From contig JAAZAR010000159.1 of assembly GCA_012514235.1 (NCBI GenBank), positions 1,065-65,064 on the forward strand: 64,000 bases of DNA, given 5' to 3'. Both the position numbers and the translations under genes were made by a program. This DNA is from Actinomycetota bacterium (GTDB taxonomy: Bacteria > Actinomycetota > Thermoleophilia > UBA2241). How positions within the stretch are numbered: the first letter of the stretch is position 1; each line of letters begins with the position of its first letter. Positions 1-8,735 of the stretch are shown here, piece by piece. The notes below the pieces were generated by a model. The model saw nothing but the letters and a program-made list of their open reading frames with translations, had not been told where the DNA came from and did not search any database.

Positions 1-764
1 TGCTCGCCGTCCGCGAAGACCTGGCGACACCGATCCTGATCAGTCCCTGGGCGCACGTCACGAGCTCGATCGACCCCGTCGTCGAGGGCGTCGTGCCGGC
101 CTCGCCCGCGGCCGAAGCCGGATTGAGGGTCGGAGACCGCATCGTCGAGGTGGACGGCAAGCGGGTGGTCTCGCGCGCGCACGCCGTGAGCCTGCTCGAG
201 CGCGCCATGCGCGAGGGAGTCGTCCGCGTGACGCTTCGGCGAGGGGCCGAGGACATGGTGGCGATCCTCCACGAACCCGCAGCAGGCGTCGATGCCTACC
301 CCTATCGCCCGCGTGGCTACGCGCGTCTCGACTTCCCGGGGATGCACTTCGGCATCGTCCTCCCGGGCAGCTTCCGCCCGCAGTACCTCAAACAGATCCG
401 CGCCGCGATCGAGGAGCGCGCGGCGCAGCACACCCTTGTCCTCACCTCGCATCTCCTCCACGGCCTGGTCGCGGAGCTCTGCTCGCAGGTGCCGTGGCCG
501 GACGGCGCGGACGTCGAGCTGCTCGTGCCCGAGAACAGGTACTTCGGCGGCGATGTGACCGTCGGCGACCTCTGGGTCCTGGAGGACGTCGCCGCGGCGG
601 TGCGCGAGTACGGCCGCAGTCACGGCGCGCCGAACCTCATCATCCTTCCGAGCTCGTTCCTCTCCCGCTGGCACCGCGACCTGCTCGGCGTCCCCTACAC
701 GGAGCTCGAACGCTCGCTGGGCATCCCGGTGGCCCTCGTGACGTGCGAGCGGATCCTCCTCTGA
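1..764 (+). CDS. PDZ + DUF512 domain protein (5' end outside window)
   Basis: The frame is open to the window edge. The translation has a PDZ-like 'VEGVVPASPAAEAGLRVGDRIVEVDGKRV' followed by a DUF512-like C-terminus 'ENRYFGGDVTVGDLWVLEDV...LIILPSSFLSRWHRDLLG'. GC3 bias is strong. Confidence 0.75.
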   Translation, partial: LAVREDLATPILISPWAHVTSSIDPVVEGVVPASPAAEAGLRVGDRIVEVDGKRVVSRAHAVSLLERAMREGVVRVTLRRGAEDMVAILHEPAAGVDAYPYRPRGYARLDFPGMHFGIVLPGSFRPQYLKQIRAAIEERAAQHTLVLTSHLLHGLVAELCSQVPWPDGADVELLVPENRYFGGDVTVGDLWVLEDVAAAVREYGRSHGAPNLIILPSSFLSRWHRDLLGVPYTELERSLGIPVALVTCERILL

Positions 765-767
765 GTC

Positions 768-1022
768 ATGGACGACCGGCCGCACACCGACTACGTCTGG
801 CACTTCAAGCTGACGGACCCCGAGCCGCGATGCAGTGAGGACCCCCTCACACAGATGGTGGAGGAGCAGGTCACGGCACTGCTGCACTGCATCGTCTTCA
901 CGAGGGACGGTGAGGACGTGAGGGTGACGGGCTTCCGCTTCCTCGACTCGCCCGGGACCGAACACGTCCTGCCCAGGACTCTGCCGGACCCGGACCCTGA
1001 GGCTGAGCAGCCGTCGCGTTGA
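768..1022 (+). CDS. hypothetical protein (84 aa)
   Basis: The ATG lies 1 nt after the upstream stop (tgAGTCatg). Codon usage is GC3-rich. I recognise no family. Confidence 0.55.
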   Translation: MDDRPHTDYVWHFKLTDPEPRCSEDPLTQMVEEQVTALLHCIVFTRDGEDVRVTGFRFLDSPGTEHVLPRTLPDPDPEAEQPSR

Positions 1023-1089
1023 CTCGCCGTCGGCACTCGTCCTAAGCTGCTCGTTGTCAGTCTGGCACAGCGACTCATGGAGCGGCGCA

Positions 1090-1209
1090 ATGGGACAGGA
1101 TGAAGCACGGGACATTCTTGCGTTGGCGGACGTCGAAGAGGCGGACGAGGTCCGCGGCACCGTGATTCCCGATCCGCTGGGGTTCAAGTGGGCCATGCCT
1201 CAGGCCTGA
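1090..1209 (+). CDS. candidate small ORF (39 aa, MGQDEARDILALADVEEADEVRGTVIPDPLGFKWAMPQA)
   Basis: An ATG-to-TGA ORF not in the supplied track, ending 28 nt before a perfect 16-bp terminator hairpin. GC3 bias is weaker than in neighbours and there is no clear SD. Confidence 0.2.
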   Translation: MGQDEARDILALADVEEADEVRGTVIPDPLGFKWAMPQA

Positions 1210-1236
1210 CCGGGGGCAGCGTCTCGATCGACATCA

Positions 1237-1272
1237 GGGCCTCGGATCGTCACCAGTGACGATCCGAGGCCC
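1237..1272. terminator. bidirectional intrinsic-terminator-like hairpin between convergent genes
   Basis: A perfect 16-bp stem GGGCCTCGGATCGTCA / TGACGATCCGAGGCCC with loop CCAG, followed by TCTCTGTG. Confidence 0.6.
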
Positions 1273-1335
1273 TCTCTGTGCTCCACGAGCGCAAGCCAAC
1301 CGCCGCGCGTCGGCCGGATCGTGTCCACGACCAGC

Positions 1336-1590
1336 TCAGTTCATCGAGAGCAAGCGGTCGAAGGTGGAGGGCGAGTAGCCGTTCACCGCGACGCCACCGA
1401 TCATGATGAACGGGAAGCCGTCGACGTGCTGGGCGCGCATGTCGGCGGCGATGCGACGCTTCAGGGCCGGACCCGCCTGGTCGAACGCGACCTTGGTCGG
1501 CACGATCCCACGGCGCCGGAAGTAGGCCTCCGCCTCCGTACAGGCCTCGCAGCCTGTCATCGTCACGATCAGCACGGGTGGTGGTGCCAT
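1336..1590 (-). CDS. glutaredoxin/NrdH-like small redox protein
   Basis: 84 aa with an N-terminal 'VTMTGCEAC' CxxC motif and a thioredoxin-fold-like C-terminus 'FPFIMIGG..VNGY'. A GGAGG SD lies 7 nt upstream of the ATG. Confidence 0.75.
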   Translation of the reverse strand: MAPPPVLIVTMTGCEACTEAEAYFRRRGIVPTKVAFDQAGPALKRRIAADMRAQHVDGFPFIMIGGVAVNGYSPSTFDRLLSMN

Positions 1591-1778
1591 TCGGTGACCT
1601 CCTTAATCTTGAGTCAAACAGTCCTGTATCCTTTATGCCCAGCGCCGCACATGAGCCCCACAGGCGCGAACTGGTCCGCAGCGCTCATCCACCGCTCGCC
1701 CCATGTCCGCAACGCTCAGCCGCCCCTCGCTCCCGTTCCCGGGCATGGAGAAGGGACGACGACGGCAAGGAGGCAGCA

Positions 1779-2627
1779 ATGGCGGAGAGACACGGATACA
1801 TTCCCGGCGTCCCCTGCTGGGTGGACACGAACCGGCCCGATCCCGAGGCGGCCATGGACTTCTACCGCGGCCTGTTCGGATGGGAGTTCGAGGACCGTAT
1901 GCCGGCAGGCTCGCCTGGCCGCTACTTCGTCGCCAGGCTGCGGGGCGGAGACGTGGGCGCGATCGGCTCACCGTCGGACGGTGGCACGACCTCCGTTGCC
2001 TGGAACACCTATGTCTGCGCGCAGAGCGCCGACGAGACCGCGTCCAGGGTGCGGCAGGCGGGCGGACGGGTCTTGATGGAGCCGTTCGACATACCCGACG
2101 CGGGGCGCATGGCGGTCTTCGCCGACCCGGAGGGCGCCGCGTTCCGGGTCTGGCAGCCCGGCCGGCACAAGGGCGCGCAGATCGTGAACGAGCCGGGTTC
2201 CGTGAACTTCAACGGCCTGCACACCCGCGACGCGGAGGCGGCGAAGAGGTTCTACGGCTCGGTGTTCGGCTGGAGCACGCTCACCGTCGGCGACAGCGAG
2301 ATGTGGACGCTGCCCGGCTACGGCGACCACCTCGAGGAGCGCGACCCCGGGCTGCGCGAACGGAACGCGCAGTACGGCGCGCCGGGCTTCGAAGACGTCG
2401 TCGCCAGCATCGATCCCATCGGCGACGACCAGGGCGACCTCCCGGCGCACTGGAGCGTGACCTTCGCCACAGACGACGCAGATCGGCTCGCCGCCAAGGC
2501 GACAGAGCTCGGCGGCAGCGTGCTCCTGCCGCCGACGGACGCCCCGTGGGTGAGGGTGACGGTGATCGCCGATCCTCAGGGAGCTTCGTTCACGGCGACC
2601 GTGTTCACTGCCGAGAACCGGGGATGA
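1779..2627 (+). CDS. VOC (glyoxalase/bleomycin-resistance/dioxygenase) family protein, two-domain
   Basis: Two repeats of a glyoxalase-like module ('PCWVDTNRPDPEAAMDFYRGLFGWEF', 'FNGLHTRDAEAAKRFYGSVFGW'). I chose the ATG at 1779, preceded by AAGGAGG, rather than the longer 1578 ORF. Confidence 0.8.
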   Translation: MAERHGYIPGVPCWVDTNRPDPEAAMDFYRGLFGWEFEDRMPAGSPGRYFVARLRGGDVGAIGSPSDGGTTSVAWNTYVCAQSADETASRVRQAGGRVLMEPFDIPDAGRMAVFADPEGAAFRVWQPGRHKGAQIVNEPGSVNFNGLHTRDAEAAKRFYGSVFGWSTLTVGDSEMWTLPGYGDHLEERDPGLRERNAQYGAPGFEDVVASIDPIGDDQGDLPAHWSVTFATDDADRLAAKATELGGSVLLPPTDAPWVRVTVIADPQGASFTATVFTAENRG

Positions 2628-2728
2628 GCGGCTGACCGACGCGCGGCCGCCTTCCAGCGGTCCGGCGCCTGCGCGGCCGCCAAACGGGAACCCACAGAGA
2701 GTCTGCCAACGACGTCCTGGAGGTCGAG

Positions 2729-3187
2729 GTGAACGCATCCGGCCAGACGCATCTCAAGCGCTTCGCTGTGTTCGTGAAGTCCAACGCCGACGTGGAAGCA
2801 GGTGTGCTGCCGACCGAACAGGATCTGGAGGCCATGACCCGCTTCAACGACGAGCTGGTCGAGTCCGGAGCGATGCTCGCCGGCGAGGGCTTCCTGGCCA
2901 GCGCCAACGGCGCCCGCCTGCACTACAGGGGCGGGGACGTCGAAGTAGAGAACGGACCCTTCCCGGATCCCGAGTCGCTGGTCGCCGGTTACTGGATCAT
3001 CCAGGCCGCCTCGCTCGACGAGGCGATCGGACTGATGAAGAGAGCGCCCCTGGGTGGAGCGACGGTGGAGATCCGCCAGATCGCCGATGCCGCGGACTTC
3101 GGCGAGGAGTTCACCACCGAGCTGCGCGAGCGCGAGGACCGGCAGCGCCTCAAGATGGAGGAGAACGCCAGACGGCGAGCCGCCTGA
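2729..3187 (+). CDS. YciI/DGPF-like family protein
   Basis: The pattern 'RFAVFVKSNADVEAGVLPTEQDLEAMTRFNDELVESGAMLAGEGF...GYWIIQAASLDEAI' is typical of YCII-related proteins. A GTG start sits 6 nt after GGAGG. Confidence 0.75.
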   Translation: MNASGQTHLKRFAVFVKSNADVEAGVLPTEQDLEAMTRFNDELVESGAMLAGEGFLASANGARLHYRGGDVEVENGPFPDPESLVAGYWIIQAASLDEAIGLMKRAPLGGATVEIRQIADAADFGEEFTTELREREDRQRLKMEENARRRAA

Positions 3188-3193
3188 GCAGAG

Positions 3194-3237
3194 CAAGCGA
3201 AGGGCGGGGAGCGCACGCGCTCCCCGCCCTTCGCTTG
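3194..3237 (+). terminator. long GC hairpin immediately after the YciI-like gene
   Basis: CAAGCGAAGGGCGGGGAGCG...CGCTCCCCGCCCTTCGCTTG forms a stem of about 20 bp starting 7 nt after the stop. No U-tract follows. Confidence 0.55.
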
Positions 3238-3718
3238 AGCCGAGACCCGACCCGTTCTTACGACCCCGAAGAATAGCCGCAGAACCTGTGAGGAGACGAC
3301 CAGCGCCCGCTCCAGCAACGTCCGCCGCTTGCACCGCTCGAGCTGGTCTCCGCAGCCGCCTAGTCCTCGTCCTCTCCGCCGGTCTCACCGCCGTCCTCGA
3401 ATCGGATGGTGATGCTCCTGGCCACCACGTCCGTGATTCCCTGCCTGACTCACCACCGTTCCGATGCAGCCGCGGTACTCCACTTGCCTCCCGAGCAGAA
3501 ACCGAACGTCCATCACACAGACCCGGGACGAGGGGGGCGGGGGGTGAGAGGCTCCGAATCATCCCTCGCTCTCTCACGAGAATGCGTCGATGAGATCATG
3601 ACGGTCCTGGGACGGTCGTCCACTTGGCCTCCACGTACCCTGGGACCGTGTACCCAGTCTTGGCTGCAACAACGGGGGCTGCCCGAGGCGGGGATGGGGA
3701 GAAGACGCCTGAGAGTCC

Positions 3719-3795
<77 letters not shown>

Positions 3796-3974
3796 GCAGG
3801 GCCTTGGAGTGTAGCGAGCCCGGGGAGGGAGCGTCAACCGTCCGCCGATGTTCCGGCGAGCGGCGTGCCCGGGCCTCGCCGGGCTGGATGCCGGGCCGGC
3901 TGCGGCGCCGCGACCGGCACCGATCCTGCAGAGAATCACGGCGCCGGATGGTGTGAGGTCCTCGGCTCCTGCCG

Positions 3975-3980
3975 TATACT
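3975..3980 (+). promoter_or_regulatory. candidate -10 box TATACT (leaderless start at 3987)
   Basis: TATACT ends 6 nt before the ATG of the nuclease gene, and there is no SD. Confidence 0.35.
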
Positions 3981-3986
3981 CAAACC

Positions 3987-4607
3987 ATGATGGATGTGCA
4001 AGAGATGGTCATTTACGGCGTCAGCTTCGACGTCATCGGCAAGCAGCCGATCGTGCTCCTCAAGACGCTGGAGGGGAACCGGTTCCTGCCTATCTGGATC
4101 GGGCATCCGGAGGCGGCCGCCATCCTCATCAAGCTGCAGGGCACGAGCCTGCCGCGGCCGATGACGCACGACCTGCTGACCAACGTCATCGGCTCGTTCC
4201 AGGCCGAGGTCTCCCGCATCACCGTGACCGAGCTCCGGGAGAGCACGTTCTACGCCCGGCTCACCCTCGTCAAGGACGGCGAGGAGGTGGACATCGACTC
4301 GCGGCCGTCGGACGCTCTGGCGCTGGCCGTGCGCACCGACGCGCCCATCTTCGCCAGCACCGAGCTCATCGACGAGAACGCCATCGAGTTCGAGCGCGAG
4401 GTCGACGACACCGAGGAGATCATCGAGGGCTTCCGCGACTTCCTCGAGGGCGTCTCGCCCGACGACTTCCGTACCGCCGAGGTCACGGCGGACGACGAAG
4501 CGTACCTCATCGACGAGGACGAGGAGGACCTCGACGAGGACCTCGAGGACGACGACGAGGACGACGACGAGTTCGACGACAGGGCGGGCGGCCCGCCGCA
4601 GAACTAG
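3987..4607 (+). CDS. bifunctional nuclease (BFN/DUF151) family protein with acidic tail
   Basis: 'VLLKTLEGNRFLPIWIGHPEAAAILIKLQG...PRPMTHDLL...DSRPSDALALAVRTDAPIF' matches the BFN domain pattern. The C-terminal 50 aa are D/E-rich. Confidence 0.8.
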   Translation: MMDVQEMVIYGVSFDVIGKQPIVLLKTLEGNRFLPIWIGHPEAAAILIKLQGTSLPRPMTHDLLTNVIGSFQAEVSRITVTELRESTFYARLTLVKDGEEVDIDSRPSDALALAVRTDAPIFASTELIDENAIEFEREVDDTEEIIEGFRDFLEGVSPDDFRTAEVTADDEAYLIDEDEEDLDEDLEDDDEDDDEFDDRAGGPPQN

Positions 4608-4712
4608 CCGCCCGCGCGGCCACGCGGCCGTCGGGGCACCGGGGCCATGTGCCTCGGCGGGTCGGCCGTCCGCCACACCTACCTGACTCTCCAGCGACGA
4701 AAGGCCAACAGA

Positions 4713-5003
4713 GTGAGCACGCCGAACGACGACCCGGTGGTGAAGCAGCTCCGGGACGAGATCAGCGACAACGATCTCAAGATCATCGACCTGATCAACA
4801 AGCGGCTCACGCTGGTCGACAAGCTCTGGCGTTACAAGGCGGAGCACGGCATCGAGATGTACAACCCCGAGCGCGAGGAGTGGATGGTCACCTTCCTGAC
4901 GCGCGCGAACAAGGGGCCGCTCTCGCAGGAGGCCCTCACCCAGGTGTACAAGGCCATCGTCGAGACGACCAAGGACGAGGCCGCCCGGCTCGGCAGAAGC
5001 TGA
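4713..5003 (+). CDS. chorismate mutase (AroQ class, monofunctional)
   Basis: 'LRDEISDNDLKIIDLINKRLTLVDKLWRYKAEHGIEMYNPEREEWMV' is a typical AroQ helix pattern. I chose the GTG at 4713 over the upstream ATG at 4647. Confidence 0.8.
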   Translation: MSTPNDDPVVKQLRDEISDNDLKIIDLINKRLTLVDKLWRYKAEHGIEMYNPEREEWMVTFLTRANKGPLSQEALTQVYKAIVETTKDEAARLGRS

Positions 5004-5043
5004 CGATCGCAACGGGCGCCTCGGCCTTCGAGACGGCCGGACG

Positions 5044-6477
5044 TCAGCCCTTGAGCACCCCGAGCGGCCGCAGGCGGGCGACCTTGCGGGAGAGGCCGAC
5101 GGCGTCGACGACGTTGACGACGTCGGCCACGTCCTTGTAGGCGAAGGGCGCCTCCTCAGAGAGCGCGCCGACGGACGCCGACTTCACCACGATGCCGGCG
5201 TCCTCCAGCTCGCGCCTCACGTCGGCGCCCGAGCGGACCTTGCGGGCCGCATGCCGGGAGAGCAGGCGGCCCGCCCCGTGGCAGGTCGAGCCCCACGTCT
5301 CGCGCATCGCCGTCTCCGTGCCGGCGAGCAGCCAGCTCTCGCGCCCCATGTCGCCGGGGATGATGACCGGCTGGCCCACGACCCGGTAGTCCTCGGGCAC
5401 GTCCGGGTGGCCGGGGCCGAAGGCGCGCGTGGCGCCCTTGCGGTGCACGCGCACCACGCGTTCCTCCCCGTCCACGGCGTGCACCTCGCGCTTGGCGATG
5501 TTGTGGGCCACGTCGTACACGAGCTCCACGCCGAGCCGCTCCCAGCTCTGCCCGAACACCTGCTCGAACGCGCCCCGTACCTGGTGCAGCATCATCTGCC
5601 GGTTCGCGAAGGCGAAGTTGCAGGCGCACGCCATGGCCGCCAGGTACTCGCGGGCCTCCGGCGAGTCCATGGGCGCGCAGGCCAGCTGCCTGTCGGGGAG
5701 CTCGATGCCGGCGCGCGCCGCGGCGCCGGCCATCCGCCCGACGTAGTCCGTGCACACCTGATGGCCGAACCCCCGCGAGCCGGAGTGGATCATGACGACC
5801 ACCTGGCCGCGGCGGACGCCGAACGCCTCCGCGGTCTCGCCGTCCAGCACCTCGTCCACGACCTGCAGTTCGAGGAAGTGGTTGCCGGAGCCCAGGCTGC
5901 CGACCTGGGTGCGGCCGCGGTCGAGCGCCTTGCGGCTCACCGCGGCCGCGTCCGCGCCGGCCATCACGCCGCCCTCCTCGGTGTGAAGGAGGTCGTCCTC
6001 GGTGGCGTAGCCGCGCGCGGCCAGGAACGGCACGCCCTCTTCCGCAAGTCGCTCGAGCTCGCCCTCCTTGAGCGTGAGGGCGCCGTGCGGGCCGGAGCCC
6101 TGGGGGACGCTGCGCATGAACTGGTGCATGAGCGGCTCGAGCCGCGGGCGCACGTCGTCGAGCTCGAGCTCCGTGCGCACCAGTCGCACGCCACAGTTGA
6201 TGTCGAAGCCGACGCCGCCCGGCGAGACGACGCCGTCGGCCTCATCCATGGCCGCCACGCCGCCGATGGGGAACCCGTAGCCCCAGTGGATGTCCGGCAT
6301 CGCGATGCTCGCGGTGACGACGCCGGGGAGCGTGGCCACGTTCGCGACCTGCTGGAGCGCCTCTTCGTGCCCCGCCTGCTCGAACAGACTCGCGTGCGCG
6401 TACACGCGGCCGGGCACGCGCATGGGATCCTCGACGGGGATCTCGTAGACGAACTCGCCCGTCCGCTCGATCCGCAC
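5044..6477 (-). CDS. rtcB: RNA-splicing ligase RtcB
   Basis: Hallmark motifs 'MPDIHWGYGFPIGGVAA', 'GFDINCG' and 'GSGNHFLE...HSGSRGFGHQV'. A GTG at 6477 gives 477 aa. The longer 584-aa ORF would overlap archease. Confidence 0.9.
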   Translation of the reverse strand: MRIERTGEFVYEIPVEDPMRVPGRVYAHASLFEQAGHEEALQQVANVATLPGVVTASIAMPDIHWGYGFPIGGVAAMDEADGVVSPGGVGFDINCGVRLVRTELELDDVRPRLEPLMHQFMRSVPQGSGPHGALTLKEGELERLAEEGVPFLAARGYATEDDLLHTEEGGVMAGADAAAVSRKALDRGRTQVGSLGSGNHFLELQVVDEVLDGETAEAFGVRRGQVVVMIHSGSRGFGHQVCTDYVGRMAGAAARAGIELPDRQLACAPMDSPEAREYLAAMACACNFAFANRQMMLHQVRGAFEQVFGQSWERLGVELVYDVAHNIAKREVHAVDGEERVVRVHRKGATRAFGPGHPDVPEDYRVVGQPVIIPGDMGRESWLLAGTETAMRETWGSTCHGAGRLLSRHAARKVRSGADVRRELEDAGIVVKSASVGALSEEAPFAYKDVADVVNVVDAVGLSRKVARLRPLGVLKG

Positions 6478-6491
6478 CGGAGCCCTTTGCC

Positions 6492-6911
6492 TCAGACGTC
6501 CAGGAGGACGAAGCCCTCCCAGCCGTCGTCGTGTCGCTCGAGCCTCAGCTGGTGCAGCGTCGCCGCCTTGACCCCGCCGCACATGACGTGACGCCGGGTG
6601 TCGAGCGGCTCCCCCGCCACCCTCGCCCGCAGTCGCCGCTCCTGGACCTCGTACACCTCGAACTCGGACAGCACGAGCCGGCGCGTTTCGAAGACGTAGA
6701 GCAGCTCGTTGAGCCATGCGGCGAGCAGGAGGTCCATCGCCTCCGCCTCCAGCTCGAGGTCGAGCGCCTCGAGCTCCCCGACGTGCAGAGGGTCGCACAC
6801 GAGCGAGAACAGGCCGCGGCCGGCCTCCTCGAAGACGTCCTCGACCGTCGGCCCCCAGACGCGGAGTCCGATGTCGGCGGTGTGGTCGACCAGTTCGTAG
6901 CCCACGCTCAT
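6492..6911 (-). CDS. archease (RtcB activator)
   Basis: 'YELVDHTADIGLRVWGPTVEDVFEEAGRGLFSL...VKAATLHQLRLE' is the archease pattern. Its stop lies 14 nt upstream of the rtcB start. Confidence 0.9.
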   Translation of the reverse strand: MSVGYELVDHTADIGLRVWGPTVEDVFEEAGRGLFSLVCDPLHVGELEALDLELEAEAMDLLLAAWLNELLYVFETRRLVLSEFEVYEVQERRLRARVAGEPLDTRRHVMCGGVKAATLHQLRLERHDDGWEGFVLLDV

Positions 6912-6962
6912 GGTCGCACTCTACCCACCGGGGACCGTCGGCGTGCGCGATGACGTGTTGGC

Positions 6963-7892
6963 TCAGCCGAGGACGGTGGCGCCGGACGCGGAGGCGGCCA
7001 GGCCGAGCGGGATGGCCGTCACGCCCTCGGCGGCGAACGCCTCGGCCATCGCCCGCGCGACGCGGGAGGCGTCGGTGGCGAGGCTGACGAAGGCGATCAG
7101 GCTCGGCCCGGATCCCGAGATGGCCACCGCAGCCGCGCCCGCGTGCTGGGCCGCGACCCAGGCGGTGCGGCCGCCCGGGATGAGCTTGAGGCGGGCGGCC
7201 TGGTGCAGCCGGTCGTCCATCACCTGGTTGAGCAGGTCGTAGTCGCCGGTGCGCAGCGCCTCGACGACGAGCGGCGTGCGCTGCAGGTTGAAGACCGCGT
7301 CCGCCATCGGAACCTCGGCGGGCAGGCCCGCCCTGGCGGTACGCGTGCTGAACGGCAGGTCGGGCACCGCCAGGGCCACGTGCACCTCGGGCACGAGGAT
7401 CTTCTTCGTGAGCAGCCGGTCGCCCCTCTGCACGACGATGGTGAGGCCGCCGAGCAGGGCCGCGGCCACGTTGTCCGGGTGGCCCTCCATGTCGGCGGCC
7501 AGCTCGAGGATGCGGTCGCGTCCGATGGGCCGGCTCATCAGCGCGTTCGCGCCGAGCAGGCCGGCCACGATCGCCGTGGAGCTCGAGCCCAGGCCCGAGC
7601 TCATCGGCACGCGGATGTCGCAGTGGATGCGGAGGCCGGCCGGCGCGGCGACGCCGGCCTCCTCACAGAACCTCAGGAACGCCCGGGCGACCAGGTTCCG
7701 CTCGTCGTGCGGCAGCCCGGCCGGATCCGGCCCTTCCACCGTCACGACCACCCCGTCGCCCTCGAGGCTGAACCGGACCTCGTTCCACAGGTCCAGCGCC
7801 AGGCCGAGACAGTCGAAGCCCGGCCCGATGTTGGCGGTGGTGGCCGGCACCCGGACGCGGCAGCTCGGGACGGCGCCGTCCGCGGCGCTCAC
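6963..7892 (-). CDS. thrB: homoserine kinase
   Basis: GHMP-kinase motifs 'VPATTANIGPGFDCLGLAL' and 'PMSSGLGSSST'. The GTG at 7892 is preceded by GGGAGCGGGGGAC. Confidence 0.85.
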   Translation of the reverse strand: MSAADGAVPSCRVRVPATTANIGPGFDCLGLALDLWNEVRFSLEGDGVVVTVEGPDPAGLPHDERNLVARAFLRFCEEAGVAAPAGLRIHCDIRVPMSSGLGSSSTAIVAGLLGANALMSRPIGRDRILELAADMEGHPDNVAAALLGGLTIVVQRGDRLLTKKILVPEVHVALAVPDLPFSTRTARAGLPAEVPMADAVFNLQRTPLVVEALRTGDYDLLNQVMDDRLHQAARLKLIPGGRTAWVAAQHAGAAAVAISGSGPSLIAFVSLATDASRVARAMAEAFAAEGVTAIPLGLAASASGATVLG

Positions 7893-7917
7893 GTCCCCCG
7901 CTCCCGGCCGGCGGCGC

Positions 7918-8571
7918 TCATGCCTCGTCCCCGTACTCCTCTGGCCCGGGTCCGCCGTGCCGGCGCTTCTTCCGCCACCGCAGGCAGGCCCACACGAGCA
8001 CGACGACGATCGCCGCGACCACGGCATAGTCGGCGAGGTGCAGGTATTCCCGGATGTCCTCCCAGTGCTCGCCCAGACGCACGCCCACCCAGCCGAGGAA
8101 GAACACCCACGGGATGCAGCCGAGCACGGTGTAGAGGGTGAACTTCCAGAACGGCATCTTCGCGATGCCCGCGGGGAGCGAGATGAAGGTCCGGATGATG
8201 GGCAGCACGCGGCCGAAGAACACGGCGATGGGTCCGTACCTCTCGAACCAGCGCTCCGCCAGCTCGACGTGGTGATGGCGGAGCAGGACGTACTTGCCGT
8301 ACTTGTCGATGAACGGACGGCCGCCGTACAAGCCGACCCAGTAGGCGATCCAGGAGCCCACGAGGTTGCCGAGCACGCCGGCGACGGTGATCCCGAACAG
8401 GGTCATGTCGCCCTCGCTCACGGCGAAGCCGGCGAACGGCATGATCGCCTCGCTCGGCACGGGGATGCAGGCGCTCTCCAGCAGCATCAGGAAGAACACC
8501 GCGGCGAGGCCCCAGTCGCCGATGAGGGCGGTCGCCCACTGGACGACCGCGTCGATGACGGACTGCATCAT
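7918..8571 (-). CDS. DedA family membrane protein
   Basis: 'LESACIPVPSEAIMPFAGF...FGRVLPIIRTFISLPAGIAKMPFWKF' is the DedA/SNARE-associated pattern. I chose the start at MMQSVID. Confidence 0.85.
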   Translation of the reverse strand: MMQSVIDAVVQWATALIGDWGLAAVFFLMLLESACIPVPSEAIMPFAGFAVSEGDMTLFGITVAGVLGNLVGSWIAYWVGLYGGRPFIDKYGKYVLLRHHHVELAERWFERYGPIAVFFGRVLPIIRTFISLPAGIAKMPFWKFTLYTVLGCIPWVFFLGWVGVRLGEHWEDIREYLHLADYAVVAAIVVVLVWACLRWRKKRRHGGPGPEEYGDEA

Positions 8572-8692
8572 GCCGGGAAGCGTACAGTACGGGGCACCGG
8601 TGGGCGAACGTAGAGGCACCTGCTGCGGCGGACTGCCCCACGGGCTCTCCCGCGTCGAACCGGACTGGTAGCCCGTCCGCGACCGGCTATGG

Positions 8693-8698
8693 TAGGTT
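8693..8698 (+). promoter_or_regulatory. candidate extended -10 (TGgTAGGTT) for the degT-like gene
   Basis: The motif lies 37 nt upstream of the ATG, and AAGGAGG sits in the predicted 5' UTR. Confidence 0.3.
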
Positions 8699-8735
8699 CG
8701 GACCTCGACTTCCCCGCCCCAAGGAGGCGTTCCAC

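Noticed and set aside
1-1209. DUF512/PDZ gene plus small ORFs as a RiPP-type (radical SAM plus precursor peptide) cluster.
   Set aside because: DUF512 proteins are broadly conserved housekeeping-context proteins. The visible part shows no SPASM/peptide-maturase features. No transporter or protease is present, and the small ORF has weak coding signal.
5044-6798. Long 5' extensions of track ORFs: rtcB 584 aa, MBOAT from 14508, GT4 from 22714 and 28320 and 31488, HNH from 46868, SpoIID from 55793, VOC from 1578.
   Set aside because: The extensions overlap the preceding real gene and are Arg/Pro-rich. Internal GTG/ATG starts with an SD or a 4-nt coupling overlap give family-typical N-termini and lengths.
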